The position numbers were made by a program, and so were the translations under genes. From positions 75,874 to 139,873 of the forward strand of contig JBGAIQ010000006.1 in the NCBI GenBank assembly GCA_044225365.1: DNA of 64,000 bases, read 5' to 3'. Under the pieces are notes generated by a model. That model saw nothing but the letters and a program-made list of their open reading frames with translations, did no database searches and was not told the DNA's origin. How positions within the stretch are numbered: the stretch's first letter is position 1; every line of letters begins with the position of its first letter. Shown here in pieces: positions 58,769-64,000 of the stretch. The DNA is from Planctomycetota bacterium. GTDB lineage: Bacteria; Planctomycetota; B15-G4; JADJEK01.

Positions 58769-59821
58769 TCAGCGCGTGAGGTCGGCGTCGAACACGACGA
58801 TCGGAGCGTCGGTCCCGGGCATCGCTTGCGAACCGTAGTGACGCTCGGAATCACGTTTGATGTTCCCGAGCTGCGAACGCAACGACTCGCCGCGATCGTC
58901 GTCGCTGTCGGGCACGCCATCGAGATCGAATCCGAACTCGCGAACGACGAGCCACGCGACGAGCCGTCCGTCGCTCGTCTTCACCGGTAGGTACGTGTCG
59001 CATCCCGCGAGCCAGTAGAAGTCCGGGCTCGCGGAGTAGACGTCGCATCGCATGTGTCCCGACGCGTCGACACGATCGAGGACTTGCAGATCGCAGTGAT
59101 AGGTCGAGAAGGGAAACGGAAGGTCGCTCTCGAAGCGCACGGTGTACGTCGAGAAGCGCCCGAGATCGGAAGCGATTCCCGTCTTGAACGAGTTCTTCAG
59201 CATCCCGATCTCGAGGTACGACGCGCGGGGTCGGTCGGGATAGGTCGGATAGTCGCGTTCGACGTTCTTGATCGTGCGCAGATCCGCGAACACGAGAACC
59301 GCGCCTTGCACCAGGCAAGCCTGTTCACCCGATCCCGGCACGCCGAGCGAGCGGCCCGCCTTCAACAGCGAGCCGAACCAGATTCCGTCGTTCCGAAGGT
59401 CCTTCTCGGGCGACCAAGAACCGCTCTTCAGACCCGAATCGGAGAGCAGCTCGAGCGCGGCTTCCATCACATCGCTCGGGAGGTCCTTGCGCTCGCGCTT
59501 CAACCTCGCGAGCCCGCTTCCCGCCGGATCCTTCGCATCCTGCTGCGATCGCACGGCAGCGACGAGATCGCCGAAGGTCGTCGCCCGCGCCACCTCGGAT
59601 GCGCCGCGCGCGGGCGCGAACGAGCGCTCGAGCAACGCCTTCGCGGTCACCAACTGGGACCGCGAATCCTGGAGCACGATGTCCGAGAGCAGGTAGCGCG
59701 TGTCGATCCCCACCTCGGCGATGCTCTTCACACGCGGGACCGCGGATCCCTGCTCATCGGCTCGATCGCCGGCAGGCGGGAGTAGCGCAGCGAACGAGAG
59801 AATGGCGTGCGCGAGCATCAT
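58769..59821 (-). CDS. secreted hypothetical protein (last gene of the lipid-modification operon)
   Basis: It is 350 aa from MMLAHAILSFAALLPPAG (signal peptide). Its start overlaps the stop of the DUF2878 gene by ATGA. The 181-codon Arg-rich N-extension is rejected. Confidence 0.55.
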   Translation of the reverse strand: MMLAHAILSFAALLPPAGDRADEQGSAVPRVKSIAEVGIDTRYLLSDIVLQDSRSQLVTAKALLERSFAPARGASEVARATTFGDLVAAVRSQQDAKDPAGSGLARLKRERKDLPSDVMEAALELLSDSGLKSGSWSPEKDLRNDGIWFGSLLKAGRSLGVPGSGEQACLVQGAVLVFADLRTIKNVERDYPTYPDRPRASYLEIGMLKNSFKTGIASDLGRFSTYTVRFESDLPFPFSTYHCDLQVLDRVDASGHMRCDVYSASPDFYWLAGCDTYLPVKTSDGRLVAWLVVREFGFDLDGVPDSDDDRGESLRSQLGNIKRDSERHYGSQAMPGTDAPIVVFDADLTR

Positions 59822-60402
59822 TGGGAAACGGCTCCCGTCGTCTCCGGTCCGCCGGTGATCGCTCGAGGGGGCAAGCGAGGCGGGAGAGAGGCGTTCGACT
59901 TCACGAGCTTCGCGACGAACACCGAGGCTGCGCAGAGCGAGAGGCTCCACACGCTCGCGATGATCGGGATCGAACGCTCGAGCGGCTCGCCGAACTTCAC
60001 CGCGCCGAGGCGTTGCCCGGCGAGGTAGGAGAGCGGTGCCGCGACCGCACCGAGCACGGCGGCGAGCGCGACTCGCCCGACGATCCAGGAGAACGAGTGC
60101 AGGAAGGTGGCGGCGAAGAGAACCCACATCGCCACGATCCACGGTGGGCAGAGATACGGAGAAAGTTGTCCGGAATAGGCGAGAGCACCGCTCGAGGCGA
60201 CTACCGAATCGACGACGAATCCGAACGGGATCGCGGCGAGCAAGACCTTCGATTCGAGTCGCCGGTCGCGGACGAAGAGCAAGTGAACGAAGGCGACGGC
60301 GAGGAGCGTGAACGTCGCGATCCACGGGCGGCCGTTGCCCGCGAGGATCACCCCCGCGAACCAAGCACCCTGGAACAGCACGAAGTTCACGAAGTTGCGC
60401 AT
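59818..60402 (-). CDS. small integral membrane protein (DUF2878-like; assignment from memory)
   Basis: It is 194 aa from MRNFVNFVLFQGAWFAGV, with about 5 TM helices. It sits in the conserved position between cfa-like and downstream genes. Confidence 0.5.
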   Translation of the reverse strand: MRNFVNFVLFQGAWFAGVILAGNGRPWIATFTLLAVAFVHLLFVRDRRLESKVLLAAIPFGFVVDSVVASSGALAYSGQLSPYLCPPWIVAMWVLFAATFLHSFSWIVGRVALAAVLGAVAAPLSYLAGQRLGAVKFGEPLERSIPIIASVWSLSLCAASVFVAKLVKSNASLPPRLPPRAITGGPETTGAVSQ

Positions 60403-61712
60403 CGACTCTCGACTCGGATGGGAATCATCGGCGCCGCGAGCGGCGGCACGATCGAATCGATTCGGCAACGCGGCTTCGTGAGGACGACCTGCACGTCTCC
60501 GAGCACTCGTTCCTCGAAGCCACCTTCGCAATACGCGAAGTAGAACTCGAACAAGCGGCGGAATCGCGCATCGAGGCCGAGCGCAGTGAGGCGGGTTTCA
60601 TTGCGCAGCATGCGCTCTCGCCAGGCGCGAAGCGTCGGGGCGTAATGCGGCCCGATGTCCTCGAGATGGAAGATCTTCATGTCGGTCGCTCGCCGGACGC
60701 TCGTTGCGATCGCTTCGACCGAAGGGATGCAACTGCCCGGAAAGATGTATCGCTGGATGAAGTCAACCGACTTGAGTGCGCTGACGTAGTTCTGATCCTG
60801 GATCGTGATCGCCTGCAGCATCATCGCGCCACCCGGCCGCAGACGGTCCGCACAGGCTCGGAAGTAGGCGTCGTAGAATTCGTGACCGACGGCTTCGATC
60901 ATCTCGATCGAGACCACCCGATCGAACCGACCTTGGTCTCCGAGATCGCGATAGTCCTTCAGCAAGATCGTGACCCGGTCCTCGAGGCCTGCCGCCCGAA
61001 CTCGCTGCTGCGCGAGCTCGAACTGGGCCGGCGAGATCGTCGTGGTCGTGACGTGGACTCCGTAGCGGCTCGCGGCGTGGATCGCGAATCCGCCCCATCC
61101 GGTGCCGATCTCGAGCACTCGCTGGTTCGGCTCGAGCGCGAGCTTCTTGCAGATGCGATCGAGCTTCGCGACCGACGCCTCTTCGAGCGTCATTCCCGGG
61201 CGATCGAACACCGCGCACGAGTACATCCATGTCGGGTCGAGGAACGTCGAGAAGAAATCGTTGCCGAGGTCGTAGTGGTCGCGAATGTTCTTCTGACTGC
61301 CCTCGCGCGTGTTGCGGCGTCGGCGATGATAGTGCTTCAGCACGAACGCACCGAGGCGCGCGAGACCGCCCTCCATCCCATTCAGCGCCTGCCGATTCGC
61401 CGCGAAGATGCGAATGACGGCGACCAGGTCGTCGGCCGTGAAGAAACCGTCGGCGTACGCCGAACCCGCGCCCACCGATCCCTCGAAGGCGACGAGGGAG
61501 TAGAATCGTTCGTCGAGCACTCGGATCGTGGCCGCGACGGGGAACTCGTCCGTCGCCCGACCGAACTCGAACGTCCGCGGGCCATCGATGAGAGTCAGAT
61601 GTCCGTGCTCGATGCGACGAAGCCGCTCCACGACCTGGCGCGCGAGGAACGACCCTCGCGAGGCTTCCGGTTTCGTCGCTGCGATGCGTTGGCTCGTATC
61701 GAATTCGCTCAT
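60387..61712 (-). CDS. cfa: cyclopropane-fatty-acyl-phospholipid synthase family SAM-dependent methyltransferase (UfaM/Cfa-like)
   Basis: It aligns with E. coli Cfa (HYDLGNDFFSTFLDPTWMYSCA, VLEIGTGWGGFA, ILLKDYRDL, RVVSIEMIEAVGHEFYDAYF). The start at 61712 was confirmed. Confidence 0.9.
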   Translation of the reverse strand: MSEFDTSQRIAATKPEASRGSFLARQVVERLRRIEHGHLTLIDGPRTFEFGRATDEFPVAATIRVLDERFYSLVAFEGSVGAGSAYADGFFTADDLVAVIRIFAANRQALNGMEGGLARLGAFVLKHYHRRRRNTREGSQKNIRDHYDLGNDFFSTFLDPTWMYSCAVFDRPGMTLEEASVAKLDRICKKLALEPNQRVLEIGTGWGGFAIHAASRYGVHVTTTTISPAQFELAQQRVRAAGLEDRVTILLKDYRDLGDQGRFDRVVSIEMIEAVGHEFYDAYFRACADRLRPGGAMMLQAITIQDQNYVSALKSVDFIQRYIFPGSCIPSVEAIATSVRRATDMKIFHLEDIGPHYAPTLRAWRERMLRNETRLTALGLDARFRRLFEFYFAYCEGGFEERVLGDVQVVLTKPRCRIDSIVPPLAAPMIPIRVESRCATS

Positions 61713-62527
61713 GTTCGAGGGGTCCTGCTCGGCGCTTCTTTTACGTCCCCGACCGCCTTCTGGTCGGAAAGGGTGGGGTGCGAATAGAACGTGGCGCCCT
61801 TCAGCCGCAGCCGAAGAGCCTGCCAGTAGATCGCGAGAACGACCTTCGCCGTGAGCCAAGGGTGGACGAGCAGAGTTCGAGCGAGTGAAACCGCCGACAT
61901 CTCGCGACGTGATAGGGCCATCGTCGCCGCGAAGAACACGCGACCGCCGCGCGCGTTCTCCATGTGAATCGATGCTCGGTCCTCGGGCACAGTGAACTTC
62001 CAGTCATACTCGCAATCCATGGCGATGAACGGCGAGACGTGGAACGTCTTGGCGAAGTGAAACTGCAGAGCCAATGTGCCGCGAGTCGCCGCGGCCGCGG
62101 CATCCAGCACGTAGGTGTGTCGCTCGAGCCAGGGGGTGTTCGTGATCTCGGCGGCGATCGCGTCGAGAGCGCCGGCAGCGTCGTAGCAGTAGTAGAACGT
62201 CACCGGATTGAACGAGAGGAAGAACATCCGCGGCGTCGTGAGCATTCGGACGCGTCCGTTCGGGCGCCGTCCGAGTCGTTTCTCGACGGTATCGAGGACC
62301 GCTTGCTTCAACGGGACGGCCGCGTCGCCGTGATAGTCGGCGCGCCGGAACCAGGCCAGAGCCGGACGCGACGTGGACCAGAACCAGCGTCCGGCGAAGA
62401 CCGTGTCGAGTTCGTCGAGATCGAGCAGGACGAAGCAGACGTCGTACTCGAACTCGTGTGCGACGGAATCGTTTCGCGCATGTCGGACTCTGCCGAAGTA
62501 GAGCGCGTTGTTCGAGGCTCCACTCAC
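61709..62527 (-). CDS. DUF1365 domain protein
   Basis: The N-terminus LYFGRVRHARNDSVAHEFEYDVCFVLLDLDEL and the overall length (272 aa) fit DUF1365. It has ATGA overlaps at both ends. Confidence 0.8.
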   Translation of the reverse strand: MSGASNNALYFGRVRHARNDSVAHEFEYDVCFVLLDLDELDTVFAGRWFWSTSRPALAWFRRADYHGDAAVPLKQAVLDTVEKRLGRRPNGRVRMLTTPRMFFLSFNPVTFYYCYDAAGALDAIAAEITNTPWLERHTYVLDAAAAATRGTLALQFHFAKTFHVSPFIAMDCEYDWKFTVPEDRASIHMENARGGRVFFAATMALSRREMSAVSLARTLLVHPWLTAKVVLAIYWQALRLRLKGATFYSHPTLSDQKAVGDVKEAPSRTPRT

Positions 62528-63765
62528 GACAACGCCTCCCCGAACGCCCGTGCGACGGCGAGTCCGCTCTTCACTCCGTCCTCGTGGAACCCGTAACCGA
62601 GGTAGGCCCCGCAGTAGAACGTGTTCCGGACTCCTTGGATCGAATCGACGCGCGACTGCGCTTGGATTGCGTCCCGCGTGTAGATCGGATGTTCGTATTC
62701 GAACTTCTGCAGGATCGCGCCGCTGGCGAGGCGCTCGTCGCGATTCAGGGTCACGCAGTATTCGCGCTTCGACGTGAGGGACTGCAGCCGGTTCATCCAG
62801 TAGGTCACGCCGAGTTCACCTTCTCCGTCGCGATGGTAGTTCCACGCCGCCCAGGCCTTTCTCCTCCGGGGCAGGATCGACGAATCGGTGTGCAGGGTGA
62901 CGGCGTTCTTCTGATACGGGATCGCGGAGAGGACGGCACGTTCCGCGTCACTCGGATCCTCGAGCATGCGTAACGCTTGATCGCTGTGGGCCGCGATGAT
63001 GACGCGATCGAATCTCTCCACCGTGCCGCCGCGCGTCCGGACGTGTACGCCGTCCGCGTCGCGTCGCACGCTCGCGATCGGGCAGTTGGTTCGAACCGAG
63101 TCCTCGAAGCCAGCGACGAGTCGCTCGACGTAGGTCGACGAGCCGCCCTTCACGACGTACCACTGCGGACGATCGTCCACCGTCAGGAATCCATGATTGT
63201 CGAAGAAGCGCGCGAACGTCGGGAAGGGGAACTCGAGCATCCGCGAGGGCTCCGCCGACCAGATCGCGGCGCCCATCGGCACGATGTAGCGCTCGACGAA
63301 ACTTCGGCCGTATCCGTGCTCGCGAATGAAGTCACCGAGAGTGATGTCGGCGGAACCATTCGCGGCAAAGCGCGTCGCGTCGCGATTGAATCGCAGGATG
63401 TCGCGCACCATCGACAGGAAGCTCGGGCGGAGGAGATTCCGTCGTTGCGCGAAGAGGGTATCGAGCGAGGTTCCGTTGTACTCGATCCCGGAGTCCTCGC
63501 ACCGCACCGAGAAACTCATGTCGCTCTTCTGGGAGGCGACGCCGAGCGCTTTCAGCAGTCGAATGAAGTTCGGATACGTGCGTTCGTTGAAGACGATGAA
63601 TCCGGTATCGACCGCGAGCTCGCGATCCTCGTCGCGGACTCGCACCGTGTGCGTGTGGCCGCCGATCCAGTCGTTGGCTTCGAATAGGGTGACCTCGTGG
63701 TGCCGGCGCAACAGGTACCACGCCGTGAGACCCGAGATCCCCGCTCCGACGATGGCGATCTTCAT
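62524..63765 (-). CDS. NAD(P)/FAD-dependent oxidoreductase (amine-oxidase/phytoene-desaturase-like)
   Basis: The N-terminus is MKIAIVGAGISGLTAWYL...VTLFEANDWIGGHTHT (a Rossmann FAD motif). It is 413 aa. Confidence 0.8.
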   Translation of the reverse strand: MKIAIVGAGISGLTAWYLLRRHHEVTLFEANDWIGGHTHTVRVRDEDRELAVDTGFIVFNERTYPNFIRLLKALGVASQKSDMSFSVRCEDSGIEYNGTSLDTLFAQRRNLLRPSFLSMVRDILRFNRDATRFAANGSADITLGDFIREHGYGRSFVERYIVPMGAAIWSAEPSRMLEFPFPTFARFFDNHGFLTVDDRPQWYVVKGGSSTYVERLVAGFEDSVRTNCPIASVRRDADGVHVRTRGGTVERFDRVIIAAHSDQALRMLEDPSDAERAVLSAIPYQKNAVTLHTDSSILPRRRKAWAAWNYHRDGEGELGVTYWMNRLQSLTSKREYCVTLNRDERLASGAILQKFEYEHPIYTRDAIQAQSRVDSIQGVRNTFYCGAYLGYGFHEDGVKSGLAVARAFGEALS

Positions 63766-64000
63766 GATCGTTCCGGCTGCACGTTCTTCGGATCACGGGC
63801 CTCACGACGGACTCCGGCACGCTCGCCGGGATAGACGTGCGCAGGGACGGGGCGCAGATCCGAGATGAGCCCGAGAGCTTCGAGGACGCGCAATCCCAGG
63901 TACGTGATGTCGATCTCGTACCAGGCGAAGCCCTGCTTCACCGAGTGCGGGTAGTGATGGTGATTGTTGTGCCAGCCCTCGCCGAACGTGAGCGCCGCGA
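63762..64000 (-). CDS. membrane fatty-acid desaturase, C-terminal part (5' end outside the window)
   Basis: The minus-strand translation ends ...AALTFGEGWHNNHHHYPHSVKQGFAWYEIDITYLGLRVLEALGLI... . This contains the third His-box (HNNHH) of acyl-lipid/acyl-CoA desaturases. Its stop overlaps the ATG of the next gene (ATGA). Confidence 0.75.
   Translation of the reverse strand, partial: AALTFGEGWHNNHHHYPHSVKQGFAWYEIDITYLGLRVLEALGLISDLRPVPAHVYPGERAGVRREARDPKNVQPERS

Overview
This 64-kb window is a gene-dense, very GC-rich (about 68-70% by eye) piece of a bacterial chromosome. The gene content points to a Planctomycetota-like or related PVC/Acidobacteriota/Gemmatimonadota organism. Supporting genes are a DUF1549/DUF1553 plus DUF1501 pair, Tat-secreted Cys-type sulfatase and DUF1501 proteins, ECF sigma factors, a Ser/Thr-kinase-FGE fusion and many CarboxypepD_reg-repeat proteins. 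This lineage call is inference only.

I support about 50 protein-coding genes on both strands. Many are translationally coupled through ATGA or GTGA start/stop overlaps. I recognised no rRNA, tRNA or CRISPR array.

Housekeeping genes are proS, a glutamine synthetase, surE, kup, corA and ahcY, plus an RRM RNA-binding protein.

The parts most worth a second look are:
- a roughly 2.8-kb decaying tandem array of Rpn/YhgA-like PD-(D/E)XK putative transposase genes (18.3-21.1 kb), each unit carrying a conserved leader with a hairpin, next to an AAA-ATPase with a nuclease-like DUF4143 domain;
- a roughly 580-bp near-perfect long palindrome that fills the whole convergent intergenic region before kup (41.8-42.4 kb);
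- an ECF sigma factor gene followed by a 1205-aa protein in which an ECF sigma domain is fused to a TM helix and a large extracytoplasmic beta-sandwich array;
- a SahR-like ArsR-methyltransferase regulator immediately upstream of ahcY;
- a six-gene, fully ATGA-coupled lipid-modification operon at the 3' end (desaturase, FAD oxidoreductase, DUF1365, CFA-synthase-like methyltransferase, DUF2878, secreted protein) that resembles furan/methylated fatty-acid clusters.

The sequence is so GC-rich that long Arg-rich antisense ORFs are common in the six-frame track. I rejected these as artefacts.
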